Source: Chitinivibrionales bacterium
GTDB taxonomy: Bacteria; Fibrobacterota; Chitinivibrionia; Chitinivibrionales; WJKA01
Reading direction: 5' to 3'
Length of the DNA stretch: 64,000 nucleotides
NCBI GenBank assembly: GCA_038247415.1
Contig: JBBRUX010000007.1
Coordinates: forward strand, 42,579 to 106,578
Shown: one piece after another, positions 1 through 10,438 of the stretch
How positions within the stretch are numbered: position 1 is the first letter of the stretch
Layout of the letters: every line of letters starts with the position of its first letter
Notes under the pieces: model-generated
What the model was told of the DNA's origin: nothing
Database searches by the model: none
The model's input: the letters and a program-made list of their open reading frames with translations, nothing else
Made by a program: the position numbers and the translations under genes

Positions 1-18
1 AAATACAAGGAGAATATA

Positions 19-1194
19 ATGGTTTCAAAAAGCATGATATACACACCACTGTTTTTTGTGGTGTCAATACTGTCGGTAGGATGTTCTAAGAGAGAGAGCG
101 CACAAAAAGAGGAGTCTATCGTTATAGATACTGCTCAAATAGTTACGGTTACTTCTTTGACAGGAAAGGCAATTGGCCTTGTTTCTGAGCCGGTGGCGCT
201 CAAAAAACATACCCGGTTCCTAACCCTTCCTGCGAAGGTTGTGGTAGCGCAGGATAATGATGCTTTTGTGGGATCTCTTATATCGGGACGTGTATGCAAT
301 GTAGTTGTAAAGCTTGGTGACAGGGTAGCAGCAGGACAAACTCTCATGTTTGTGGAAGGACTGGAGATTGGCGAAATCAAGGCCCGGTATGCAACCGCAT
401 CGGCCGAATTCGAATTTGCAAAATCGAACCTTGATAGGCAAAAAAAGTTGTTAGAAAGCAATGTTTCTTCACAGAGGAGTCTTTTGGAAGCTCAGATGCA
501 CTATGATAAAGCAATGGCATTATTTGGTGCAGAAAAGAGCAGGATAAAAGCAATTGGGCTTTCGGAAAGCGATGCAGCAACCCAGGCTGTTTTTTCGGAA
601 GACCGGTGCAGTGGGACTTTGGCCATCAAATCTCCTCTGAGTGGCATTGTCGTAGAACGAAATGTTGTTATTGGTCAATTGGTTGACGGAGGAGTAAATG
701 CATTTAGAATTGTAAATTTGTCGTCTGTATGCGTCGATGCGCAGGTGTACGAAAAGGATCTTGATAAGTGTGTTCTTAAAAGCAGTGCAACATTTTCGGT
801 ATCGGCATACCCAGCAGAAGTTTTTGCAGGCATTGTTACCTCAATTGGTCAAATTGTGGACGAACAGACGCACACTCTGCGCATTCGTGCCGAATTAAAA
901 AATCCGTTTGCAAAGTTGAAGCCTTCTATGTTTGGAGAATTAACGCTTCCCGTTGATAATAAAAAAACTGCACTTATTGTTCCTGCCGAAGCCCTTTTAA
1001 AAATCGATAATGCAGATTGTGTCTTTATCCAAACTTCCGATTCAACGTTTGAAAAGCGAGTTGTTATGGCCAATCCAGCTCCGCGCGAAATGGTGGAAAT
1101 TCTCCAAGGAATCCGCGATGGAGAAAAAGTAGTTGTCAAGGGTGCCTTTTATCTTAAAAGTGAACTCTTAAAATCGTCTTTAGGAGGCGAATAA
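19..1194 (+). CDS. RND efflux periplasmic adaptor (CzcB/CusB family)
   Basis: Lipoprotein-like N-terminus (SVGC), biotinyl-lipoyl-like GRVxxVxVxLGDRV, KSPLSGIVVERNV and LKPSMF motifs; 1 bp upstream of an RND permease. Confidence 0.93.
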   Translation: MVSKSMIYTPLFFVVSILSVGCSKRESAQKEESIVIDTAQIVTVTSLTGKAIGLVSEPVALKKHTRFLTLPAKVVVAQDNDAFVGSLISGRVCNVVVKLGDRVAAGQTLMFVEGLEIGEIKARYATASAEFEFAKSNLDRQKKLLESNVSSQRSLLEAQMHYDKAMALFGAEKSRIKAIGLSESDAATQAVFSEDRCSGTLAIKSPLSGIVVERNVVIGQLVDGGVNAFRIVNLSSVCVDAQVYEKDLDKCVLKSSATFSVSAYPAEVFAGIVTSIGQIVDEQTHTLRIRAELKNPFAKLKPSMFGELTLPVDNKKTALIVPAEALLKIDNADCVFIQTSDSTFEKRVVMANPAPREMVEILQGIRDGEKVVVKGAFYLKSELLKSSLGGE

Positions 1195-1195
1195 T

Positions 1196-4100
1196 ATGTT
1201 GGAAAAAATTATTTCATCGCTTCTGAAACAACGTGCAGGCGTCTTGCTCATTATTGCGCTCATCATTGGCATCGGAACCTATTCGTATTACAAACTGACT
1301 ATCGATGCCTTTCCAGATGTAACCAATATTCAGGTTGATGTGGTGAGCTATGCAGATGGACTCTCGGCAGTTGAAATAGAGCGTTCTGTAACCTATCCGG
1401 TTGAGATGTCGATGCGAGGTTTGCCTAAAGTTAAGCAATTACGTTCCGTAACAAAATTTGGTTTGTCGCTTGTTACGATAGTTTTTGAGGATAATGTTGA
1501 TATTTATTTTGCCCGTCAACTAGTATTTGAGCGGCTGGCCCAAGCAAAAGAAAGCGTGCCGCCTGGTGTGGAGCTTTCTATGGGTCCTATTGCTACTGCA
1601 ATGGGAGAGATCTATCAATTTACGCTCGATGGGAAAATGCCCGATGATGCACAAAAAAAGAAAGAATATCTTACACAACTAAGAACTTTGCAGGAGTGGG
1701 TCATTAACCCGTTGCTCAAAAGTGTCCCCGGTGTCAATGAGATCAATTCCTTTGGGGGGTATTTTAAACAATACGATGTTATAGTATCTCCAGAAAAACT
1801 ACTTAAGTATAACATTGCCCTTTCTGATGTGTTTGCGGCAATAGAAAACAATAATCAGAATGCGGGCGGAAATATTCTAGAAAAATATTCCGATCAATAC
1901 ATTGTTAGAGGAATCGGGCTTATTAAAGACACTACGGATATTGGGAATATTGTCCTGAAAAGTATTGATGGAATCCCAACGCTTATCAAAGATGTTGCGC
2001 AGATACAGCTTGGTGAGGCAGTTCGCCAGGGAGCATCAATGATAAACGGTAAAGATGAAGTGGTTGGTGGAATTGTCATGATGCTGCGAGGTGAAAATAG
2101 CCGCGATGTTGTAAACCGCGTCAAAGCTAAAGTTAAGGAAATCAACGGGAATAATGCCTTGCCAAAAGGAATACAAATTGTTCCGTATTACGATAGATCA
2201 GATATAATCAATGCCTCGATAGGAACGGTAAACAAGGCTCTTTTAGAAGGGGCTCTGCTGGTATTGGTTGTTCTTTATTTGTTGCTGCGAAGCATGCGAG
2301 GTTCATGCGTGGTCCTTATGGGTTTGCCGCTTTCTCTTCTTGTAACTTTTATCGTAATGAAAGCATGGGGTATAAGCGCAAACTTGATGTCTCTGGGTGG
2401 GCTTGCCATTTCTATCGGAATGATCATGGATTCTACCATCATCCAGGTTGAAAATGTTCAGCGTAAACTCAATGAAGCCAAGGCTTCTGCGCACAGAATG
2501 TCGACTATTCTCAAAGCTGTGCTGGAAGTGCAGAAGCCGAGTATTTTTGGGGTTCTTATTATTGCTATTACTTTTATTCCTATTTTGTCGCTTGAAGGGA
2601 TCGAAGGCAAAATGTTTGCTCCCCTTGCTATAACGGTTGCTATAGCTCTTCTTGCGTCACTGGTAGTATCGATTCTCATTACTCCAGGTTTATGTCTTTT
2701 GTTTTTGAAGCCGCAAACAGAAAAGCCTGGCGGAATTATGAATGGCATTAAAAAAGTATATATGCCCCTTCTTCGAAAAAGTATTCGTAAGAAAAAAGTG
2801 ATGATTGGTATTGCAATTGCAGCTCTTGGTGTATCTTTGGGATTATTTACTAAAATTGGTACAGAATTTCTTCCGATTATGGATGAGAGCGCTTTTGATC
2901 TGGATGTTTCGCTTTTACCCGGTGTATCCCTTGACAAAGCCATGGAAATTAATATGCTTATCGGGGAAAAAATGAAAAAGTTTCCCGAACTCAAGACTGT
3001 TGTTTCCCGCACAGGACAAACCGGAGTTGCTCTTGATACCCGTGGAGTTGATAAAACAGGATATGTTGGCGTTCTGTATCCTAAAAAACAATGGAAAATT
3101 AAACGCACCCATGAACAATTGACAGAAGCAATGAGAGATTCCCTTTCATCCATTCCGGGGATCGCCTTTAGCTTTAGTCAGCCCATTCAATGCCGCATTG
3201 ATGAATTGGTTGCGGGAACCAAGGCACAGTTGATTTTAAAGCTTTTTGGTGACAATTTGGAAGTTTTAAAAGAAAAAGCAACAGATATCGAAAAAATCCT
3301 CTCGTCTATAGAAGGATGCACAGATCTTGTTACCGAGAGCATATCAGGGCAACCCTATCTAACTATCGAAATTGACAGATTAAAAATTGCCCGCTATGGG
3401 CTTGCGATACGAGATGTTCAGGAAATCATCGAAATTGCCCTTGCGGGAAAGATTGCATCGCAACTCTATGAAGCAAACAAGAGCTTTGATATTTCTGTTC
3501 GTCTTCCACAAGAGCATCGGACGTCTGTAGAAACAATTGGGAATATTCTGGTACCAACCCCAACTGGTTCCAATATTCCTCTTAGTCAAATTTCAACGAT
3601 TGCCATATCTGTTGGGCCTGTGCAGATAAGTCGTGATGATGGATTGCGCCGAATTGGTATTGAGCTTAATATTTCTGGAAGAGATATAGGGAGCTTTGTT
3701 GCAGAGGCTAAACAGAAAATTATGGAGAAGGCAAAACTTCCCGAGGGCTACTACATAATGTGGGGTGGGCAATTTGAAAACCAGCAGCGAGCAATGGCAA
3801 AACTTGTTATGGTGGGACCGATTGCCATCGGACTTATCCTTATATTACTCTTTTTGACATTTCGTACTATTAGGCTTTCGCTTCTTGTTATTTCCAATTT
3901 ACCGTTTGCGCTTATTGGTGGAATGTTTTCGCTCTGGATATCGGGGCTGTATCTTTCGGTACCGGCTGCGGTGGGTTTTATTGTACTGTTTGGTGTTGCC
4001 GTATTGAATGGCGTAGTTCTTGTTTCGCATATTGCACAACTGCGTGAAGAAGGAATGGATTTGCAAAATGCGCTTGAAACAGGATGCGCAAACAGGCTGC

Positions 4101-4303
4101 GTCCAGTGCTCATGACAGCATCCATTGCAATTTTCAGTCTCATTCCGATGCTGTATGCAAGCGGAACCGGCTCGGAAATACAAAAGCCATTGGCCGTAGT
4201 TGTTGTTGGGGGTCTGGTGACATCAACGCTTTTGACGCTTTTCTTAATTCCTTCCCTGTATGGGTGGTTTGAAAATCGAAAAAAGGTAGTTGAAGAGGTT
4301 TGA
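1196..4303 (+). CDS. Heavy-metal RND efflux permease (CusA/CzcA family)
   Basis: 1035 aa; IDAFPDVTNIQV, TM4 GMIMDSTIIQVEN and RLRPVLMTA motifs. Confidence 0.96.
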   Translation: MLEKIISSLLKQRAGVLLIIALIIGIGTYSYYKLTIDAFPDVTNIQVDVVSYADGLSAVEIERSVTYPVEMSMRGLPKVKQLRSVTKFGLSLVTIVFEDNVDIYFARQLVFERLAQAKESVPPGVELSMGPIATAMGEIYQFTLDGKMPDDAQKKKEYLTQLRTLQEWVINPLLKSVPGVNEINSFGGYFKQYDVIVSPEKLLKYNIALSDVFAAIENNNQNAGGNILEKYSDQYIVRGIGLIKDTTDIGNIVLKSIDGIPTLIKDVAQIQLGEAVRQGASMINGKDEVVGGIVMMLRGENSRDVVNRVKAKVKEINGNNALPKGIQIVPYYDRSDIINASIGTVNKALLEGALLVLVVLYLLLRSMRGSCVVLMGLPLSLLVTFIVMKAWGISANLMSLGGLAISIGMIMDSTIIQVENVQRKLNEAKASAHRMSTILKAVLEVQKPSIFGVLIIAITFIPILSLEGIEGKMFAPLAITVAIALLASLVVSILITPGLCLLFLKPQTEKPGGIMNGIKKVYMPLLRKSIRKKKVMIGIAIAALGVSLGLFTKIGTEFLPIMDESAFDLDVSLLPGVSLDKAMEINMLIGEKMKKFPELKTVVSRTGQTGVALDTRGVDKTGYVGVLYPKKQWKIKRTHEQLTEAMRDSLSSIPGIAFSFSQPIQCRIDELVAGTKAQLILKLFGDNLEVLKEKATDIEKILSSIEGCTDLVTESISGQPYLTIEIDRLKIARYGLAIRDVQEIIEIALAGKIASQLYEANKSFDISVRLPQEHRTSVETIGNILVPTPTGSNIPLSQISTIAISVGPVQISRDDGLRRIGIELNISGRDIGSFVAEAKQKIMEKAKLPEGYYIMWGGQFENQQRAMAKLVMVGPIAIGLILILLFLTFRTIRLSLLVISNLPFALIGGMFSLWISGLYLSVPAAVGFIVLFGVAVLNGVVLVSHIAQLREEGMDLQNALETGCANRLRPVLMTASIAIFSLIPMLYASGTGSEIQKPLAVVVVGGLVTSTLLTLFLIPSLYGWFENRKKVVEEV

Positions 4304-4314
4304 TTCACAGGATG

Positions 4315-4368
4315 AAAGCATTTTTATTGTGGGCTCCGTAAAGGAACTTGATTTAAAAATGCTTTTTT
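4315..4368 (+). terminator. Putative intrinsic terminator after the RND permease
   Basis: 12-bp inverted repeat AAAGCATTTTTA...TAAAAATGCTTT running into a T tract. The loop is long and the stem AT-rich. Confidence 0.4.
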
Positions 4369-4558
4369 CTTGTAGCACTAATCCTTTTGGTGTTCATCCC
4401 CGTCGAATTAAATCCACCCACATATCGACCGTGTTCCATGGCTAATGCGTGTCGTTGATATCACGAAATGGTTCTCCGATTGCTTTGGTTCCTTGGGGAG
4501 CAGTATATTTTACAGTATTAGATAGTGTCTCTCTTTTCTTTGCGCGAAGAGGTTGTAT

Positions 4559-5338
4559 ATGAAGAGAATTTTTTTTTCCTGCTTAAGCTGGATATTGGTT
4601 ACTGTGGGTCTTTTTAGCATGGCCGGGTGTAGCGCCAGCAAAAATAATGTATCTGGAAAGACTTCGGCACTCTTTGTTCGTGTGCAAGCAACGGTAAATG
4701 GGGAAGATTTGAAGTATGGTTCGGTTTATAAAACCAGCTCTGGTCGACAATTTAGGATTTCAGATTTTCGTTATTACCTCACGAGAATCGGCGCTACCCG
4801 TTCCGATGGAACTCAAAACGCCCCGTTTGATTCTGTTATCCTTATTTCTCCAGATTTACAAAGTTCCTATCTTCGTGTCCCTGTTTTACAAGGGGCGTAT
4901 AAATCCTTACAATTTACAATCGGTTTAGATTCACTCAAAAATCATGGAGATCCCACCGTATACGCTTTGCCTCATCCATTGGCTATTCAGACTCCGAGCA
5001 TGCATTGGGATTGGAACAGCGGGTATCTCTTTTTGAAATTAGAAGGGTTGGTTGATACTACGGTACAGGCAAATGGCCCAATAAATACGGAATATTTTTA
5101 CCATATTGGCCTCGATACTATGCTGCGAGCGGTTGATATCCCCATAGCATTTTCAGTGCCGTCTTCTGGTGCCTGCTCACTGGACGTACGCTGCGGGATC
5201 GATTCGATTATAGCGCATATCGATTTTTTAAAAGAGAGATCGACCCATACTTTTGATAATCTTCCCTTGGCGCAAAGGATTATGGATCGCATAATCAATT
5301 CGTTTGCTGTTGTCAATATACATCCTGCAATTCAGTGA
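4559..5338 (+). CDS. mbnP: MbnP-family copper-binding lipoprotein
   Basis: Lipobox MAGC; DFRYY, NHGDP and MHWDWNSGYLFLKLEG (WxW) motifs; directly precedes an MbnH-like gene. Confidence 0.85.
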   Translation: MKRIFFSCLSWILVTVGLFSMAGCSASKNNVSGKTSALFVRVQATVNGEDLKYGSVYKTSSGRQFRISDFRYYLTRIGATRSDGTQNAPFDSVILISPDLQSSYLRVPVLQGAYKSLQFTIGLDSLKNHGDPTVYALPHPLAIQTPSMHWDWNSGYLFLKLEGLVDTTVQANGPINTEYFYHIGLDTMLRAVDIPIAFSVPSSGACSLDVRCGIDSIIAHIDFLKERSTHTFDNLPLAQRIMDRIINSFAVVNIHPAIQ

Positions 5339-5361
5339 TAGTGTGCAGATTTGGCTGAGAG

Positions 5362-6390
5362 GTGCAATTTGTGGAAAAACAAACCCGATTTGTAGTATTT
5401 GTTCTTTGTGTATGTGGAGCAGGTATTGGCATTGGCTTAATTGGCGTGTATTTCTACTTTTCTCCCTTCTTGGATCAGAGCAATCAGATTGTACACTATA
5501 AAATACCCCGAGGTTTTCCGTATCCTCTAATTCCTGTTGATAATCAGCCTACCAAGAATCGTATCGCATTGGGTAAGCAGCTTTTTTTGGATCCTATCCT
5601 CTCAAAAGATTCAACTATTTCGTGCGCATCCTGCCATAAAGAATCGGCTGCGTTTGCTGATGGTTTGCCTAAAAGTAAAGGTATTAATGGGAACTTTGCT
5701 TTGCGTAATGCCCCAACTATAATTAATTGTGCATACCTGCCGTATACTACCTGGGATGGAGGGGTACCAACACTTGAGCAACAGGTTCTTGTTCCCATAG
5801 CAAATCCTTTAGAAATGGGCTTTGATATTAATAAGGTTGTGGAGAGGCTTAAAAGAGATCGAAATTATGTGAGTTTGTTTAAGAGTGCTTACCAACAAGG
5901 TCCCTCAGTATATACCCTTACTCGGGCTATTGCATGCTACGAACGTTCACTTTTGAGTACTGGTTCCCGATACGATAGATTTCTTTATGAGAAAGATACT
6001 ACCGCATTAACACAATCTGAAAAAAAAGGAAAAGATCTCTTTTTTGGTGAACGAGGAGAGTGCTTTCATTGTCATGGAGAATACAACTTTACCGATTATA
6101 GTTTCAAAAACAATGGGCTCTCTGAAATATATGCAGATTCAGGCAGAGCACGCATTACGTTATCGCGTAGTGATGTTGGCAAATTTAAGGTTCCATCGTT
6201 ACGAAATATTGCGCGCACAGCTCCTTATATGCATAATGGCTCTATTGTTACGCTAGAATTGGCGGTAGATCATTATGCACGGGGTGGATATGCTCATCCT
6301 AACAAGAGTGGCCTCATTAAACCCATCAATTTGACAGATAAAGAAAAAAGTGAACTTGTAGATTTTTTAAAAGCACTTTCCGATGATTAA
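5362..6390 (+). CDS. mbnH: Di-heme cytochrome c peroxidase, MbnH/MauG family
   Basis: Two CxxCH sites (CASCH, CFHCH), RNAPT, WDG and FKVPSLRNIARTAPYMHNGS. Confidence 0.9.
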   Translation: MQFVEKQTRFVVFVLCVCGAGIGIGLIGVYFYFSPFLDQSNQIVHYKIPRGFPYPLIPVDNQPTKNRIALGKQLFLDPILSKDSTISCASCHKESAAFADGLPKSKGINGNFALRNAPTIINCAYLPYTTWDGGVPTLEQQVLVPIANPLEMGFDINKVVERLKRDRNYVSLFKSAYQQGPSVYTLTRAIACYERSLLSTGSRYDRFLYEKDTTALTQSEKKGKDLFFGERGECFHCHGEYNFTDYSFKNNGLSEIYADSGRARITLSRSDVGKFKVPSLRNIARTAPYMHNGSIVTLELAVDHYARGGYAHPNKSGLIKPINLTDKEKSELVDFLKALSDD

Positions 6391-6501
6391 ACTGTTCTCT
6401 ATAAATGTCGTACCGAAAGAACAGTTTTCAAATGAAAGTTAATTGATACGGAGGAAGTTAGCGGGCGCCCGGAAGAACCCAGGCGCGCAAACCATGCTTT
6501 T

Positions 6502-6544
6502 TTTTGCTCCGCATAAATTCTCGTGATTTTTATGCGAAGCAAAA
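6502..6544. terminator. Putative bidirectional terminator
   Basis: TTTTGCTCCGCATAAA...TTTATGCGAAGCAAAA inverted repeat between the convergent mbnH and SPFH genes. Confidence 0.55.
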
Positions 6545-6551
6545 GCGGCTG

Positions 6552-7382
6552 CTATTTGTTAATATTTACAAAGGGCATTCCGCCGTTACCGGTGACTTGG
6601 GGAAGGATGCCATTCCATTTCTCGATAGCCTTAAGGTTTGCTTCGATTTTCCTAAGCTCGAGAAGATCACTTGAAATATTTGCTCTTTGAAGTCGCAGGG
6701 CTTCGGCTTCGGCCTGAGCTGCGGTGATTTTTTGTTCCGCCTCAATTTTAATTCTGTCAAGATCTCTTGTTGCCTTTTGAGCCAACTGTTCTGCTGCCTG
6801 TTTCGATTCAATCGCTTCTCCAAATATCCTTGAAAAATTGAACGCTACAATAGAAAAGGCATCGACAGTGATATTGTTGGTTGCAAGTCTTTCGGCTAAT
6901 GTTTGTCTCATTTCTTCGCCGACCTTTGATCTTTTTGTAATCAGTTCCTCTGCAGTGTATCTGGCTGAAACAGCTTTAACGACTTCAAGAATTGCTGGAT
7001 CGATAATACGTTCCTTGTATTCAATACCAATATTCTGGTATATGACATTAGCTTTTTCTGGCAAAACATGGTAATTGAGTGCAAGAGTCGAAGTTACGTC
7101 TTGCAGGTCGGATGAAGCCGCAACAGTTTCTGTGGTTGCCTTCTGAATCTGGACATTTATCACTGCCACCTTTTGCATAACGGGGATAAGGAAATGAAGC
7201 CCTTCTCCAAGGACTGTTTGCTGAACTGCCCCGAAATTGAGTACAACGCCACGTTGTCCAGCTCCGATTTGAACAAACGGACGGAAGAAAATGAGAATGA
7301 ATAATATCCCACCAACAACAAATACCCAACGCGGCATTTTTTTTATCTCTCGAGTAACATCATTGAAATTATCGCTAGCCAT
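6552..7382 (-). CDS. Prohibitin/SPFH (Band 7) family protein
   Basis: N-terminal TM, GQRGVVLNFG, SSDLQDV, EAIESKQAAEQ coiled coil, KWNGILP; AGGAG RBS before ATG 7382. Confidence 0.92.
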   Translation of the reverse strand: MASDNFNDVTREIKKMPRWVFVVGGILFILIFFRPFVQIGAGQRGVVLNFGAVQQTVLGEGLHFLIPVMQKVAVINVQIQKATTETVAASSDLQDVTSTLALNYHVLPEKANVIYQNIGIEYKERIIDPAILEVVKAVSARYTAEELITKRSKVGEEMRQTLAERLATNNITVDAFSIVAFNFSRIFGEAIESKQAAEQLAQKATRDLDRIKIEAEQKITAAQAEAEALRLQRANISSDLLELRKIEANLKAIEKWNGILPQVTGNGGMPFVNINK

Positions 7383-7570
7383 ACACGTAACTCCTTGCAC
7401 TGAATGGTGAATTAATAAATGTCAATAGACTGTGATTAAAGCCATGAGTAATTCGTTTCTTATTGCTTACTAAATTACATGATAGTCATGCCTACGCGTC
7501 AAAACATTTTTGGATCATCGAATCGAGAATGAGACTTTTGAGCCCAAGTACCGCTTAAACAGGGATGTTT

Positions 7571-7909
7571 TTAAAGGCGAAGAACCGTAGAGGAGAGTGC
7601 TACAAGAGAAATGTTTGGGAGAGGATTATTATCGCGGAAAATTAAGTCGTTTTTATCAGAAAGATTCTGATTGTTTTGGAATAGCCTCCTTGCTGATTGT
7701 TTTGATATTCTAATTTGATGAGTATTTTTGATAGTAAATGATTGAGCGATGCGACCGGTGACATCTTCTGAGGAGTATTCCCGATTATTTTCAGAGCTGG
7801 ATTTTGAACAATCTGAGTGGTTTAAAGAAATAGTGCAAGGGCTTTCCGCACCAAGAGCCAGAACAAAAATCACAAACAAGACAGAAATGAGCTGAAGAAA
7901 TTTGTCCAT
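7571..7909 (-). CDS. Small exported hypothetical protein, possible leader ORF
   Basis: Signal-peptide-like start MDKFLQLISVLFVIFVLALGA, low-complexity middle, C-terminal LVALSSTVLRL. Confidence 0.5.
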   Translation of the reverse strand: MDKFLQLISVLFVIFVLALGAESPCTISLNHSDCSKSSSENNREYSSEDVTGRIAQSFTIKNTHQIRISKQSARRLFQNNQNLSDKNDLIFRDNNPLPNISLVALSSTVLRL

Positions 7910-8065
7910 ATATTTATTTCGATTGTCCAAGGAATAAATTGTTTTGAATTGAGCCGGCCCTATTATGACGTCGGTGCACAATCCATTGCTTAATAGATCC
8001 ACAATGGCAAACGTGGCTGGGGATACCAAGGAAGCAATTTAAAATGGATGCCATTATAAAATCCT

Positions 8066-8895
8066 TTATCTGTTTTCTTTGGTCAAATCGGATCCTGCGA
8101 TTGATGGAATTAATTTTAAAAGTTCCATAAATGCAATTGCGATAACCCCACCGGAAAGTGCCAAAAGTACATCTGTTATAGAAACATTTCCAAACTGAAA
8201 AATATTTTTAAGAAAAGGCAGTGTGAAAATTAGGCTCATCAGGACTGTTGTTCCGTCCATTAGCCATCTGAACGCAGCATTCTTTTCAGCGTGCAGACGG
8301 GATCGATAATCAGTTCAAGAAAAACAATATGAACGGGAAATAGAATAAGAGGCCATTTAAAAAGGCCTGGTATCCATGAGAGTCCTGTAATTGGTATATG
8401 AACCGAGAGAATATACATCATAGCTTTTTTGAGGTTGTCATAGATGCGTCGTCCCATGCGAACTGCTGTCACAATAGAATTAAAATCGTCATCAGGAAGA
8501 ACAAGAGATGCAGCTTCGCGGGCAACATCGGTACTACGACCACCCATGGCTATGCCGATATGCGCAGCCTTAAGTGCGGGGGCACCGTTGACACCATCGC
8601 CGGTTGTGGCGACTATTTCCTTGTTAATCTTTAGAGCATTGACAATACGTAGTTTCTGTTCCGGTACCATGCGAGCGAATATATAACTTCTTTGATCTGC
8701 ACAGCAAGTTCATCATCACTCAGAGCTTCGAGTTTCGAGCCACTGTGTTTGTGTCTTGTCGAAGTGGCATAAGTCCGCACTTGCTTCTGGTGCGCCTTTG
8801 GCTGCAATTACCAATTAATCACCCGATTCGGAAGTCCACACGCGCGACATTGCGAGAAGCTCTTTACTGAGAGGATATTCGCGCTGTAAGTTCCA
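8066..8895 (-). pseudogene. Cation-transporting P-type ATPase relic
   Basis: Fragments REYPLSKELLAMSRVW, in-frame TAA at 8815-8817, AAKGAPEA, PEQKLRIV, TGDGVNGAPALKAAHIGIAMG and C-terminal TM pieces, in different frames with large deletions. Confidence 0.88.
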
Positions 8896-9253
8896 GGAAG
8901 CATAAAGATGCTCAATTTTTGCAAGACTACTTTCTAAATATATTGCAAGGTGAAAAGGAAATCAAATAGTAATTATCCTTATTTGAAGTTCAGCCAATTT
9001 GCAGCCCAATTTTTTAACTTTGTGGAAGTCATAGCTGCATACGCCAGTCGTGGGGGATGAGATTGCAATGATACGTTGAGATGATATGCTGCTGTCAATC
9101 AAGAGATTGGTCGCCGCTAGATCGACAATAGGTGACTAAGCGGCACTAGCTTTTGCCGCAATTATCATGTTGCCTATGAAAATTAGTCGTACCATTTTGT
9201 CGAGAGCAAATTTCAATGGCGACGAAATCATTGCGGAAGCTTTATTACCCGGC

Positions 9254-10438
9254 CTAAAACTTTTTCGTTATCGACATATCAATGGTGTGATACGTATAAG
9301 AATTTTTTCCAAAAAAAGAATAAGCACTATAAGGTTGTGAATAAATCTTATACTCGACACCAAGGGAGGTATTCCACCAAAGGTTTTTTGCCATTGAAGC
9401 TGTAAAAGTCAACGGAGCCAAGCCATTATAGAAGTAGTAAAAATCTCCAAAGCCAGCAAGGATATTTTTGGGGACAGATTGATAGTATCCCCGATACGTT
9501 CCGCCAGAAACAAGAGGCATGGTAATTTTACTAAACAAATTATTGATTAGCGCTTCGTTACTGGCCCATTTCTTTTCAAATGCTAGAATGCAATGAGCAG
9601 ACCATTCATCTTGTGGTGTTGTATAAGGTGCATAGCCGTATAGAATTTCGCCAGAATCAGTTTCTGCTAATGGTAGATAAAAATTTTCTTGGGTTGTACG
9701 GTAAGCGATTGACAAGCCACCATACAAAACAGGAGTAATGGGGCCGAATGTGTAAAATGAAAAGTTGTGAAGTGTATTTTCGGGGAGTGGGTTTGTAGCA
9801 TCATCAATAAAATTTCTCAGTGGATTTACCACGTCAAAAAATGTCTTGAAAAACAGAGTGTCATTTAAAATCGTATTCAGGTCTTTTCTGTCAACACTCT
9901 TATACTGATCATTCTGGTAATCGCAGTGGAACTCCCACTGTGCAACCTGTGCGGCGACATCGGCGCCAATGGAGCGTTTTGTAACGCCGATATATTGTGC
10001 AAAAGGATTTTCGGCAGTAACGCCATAATCAAATCGCACGTGGGGTGACCATCGAACGGCCGGTGCCGCAGGTAGTGTAAATGACAGTGGTAGCGAACCA
10101 CTGAAACGCATGCGACCAGATTTTCCTGTTGGATACCAGACCTGCTGATATGTGGGTGTGGCCTCAAAGGCGCCAATCGTTAAAAAATAACTGCACCCCG
10201 CAGAAATCCTTTTGTCTGCAATGGGTGCAAATCCGCTGATGGAATGGGATATTTTAGATTCCTGATAATCAACCGATGCAGAAATAAGTCCAAGACCAGC
10301 TTTAAAATTTTTCAATTTCGCTTCTACGTCTGTGGCATGGAAGTATGTGTTGTCAAAAAGATAGCTGTACATTCCAGAGATCTCCCGACTTGAAACGATG
10401 GATACGGTGAGCATAAGTATGCTCAACAGAATTTTCAT
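9254..10438 (-). CDS. Putative outer-membrane beta-barrel protein
   Basis: Signal peptide, aromatic-rich alternating strands, C-terminal Phe (ITKKF); 4-bp overlap with the upstream gene. Confidence 0.6.
   Translation of the reverse strand: MKILLSILMLTVSIVSSREISGMYSYLFDNTYFHATDVEAKLKNFKAGLGLISASVDYQESKISHSISGFAPIADKRISAGCSYFLTIGAFEATPTYQQVWYPTGKSGRMRFSGSLPLSFTLPAAPAVRWSPHVRFDYGVTAENPFAQYIGVTKRSIGADVAAQVAQWEFHCDYQNDQYKSVDRKDLNTILNDTLFFKTFFDVVNPLRNFIDDATNPLPENTLHNFSFYTFGPITPVLYGGLSIAYRTTQENFYLPLAETDSGEILYGYAPYTTPQDEWSAHCILAFEKKWASNEALINNLFSKITMPLVSGGTYRGYYQSVPKNILAGFGDFYYFYNGLAPLTFTASMAKNLWWNTSLGVEYKIYSQPYSAYSFFGKNSYTYHTIDMSITKKF

Noticed and set aside
4559..6390. Methanobactin biosynthesis cluster
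   Set aside because: No mbnA, mbnB or mbnC in the window; MbnP/MbnH pairs often occur without them.
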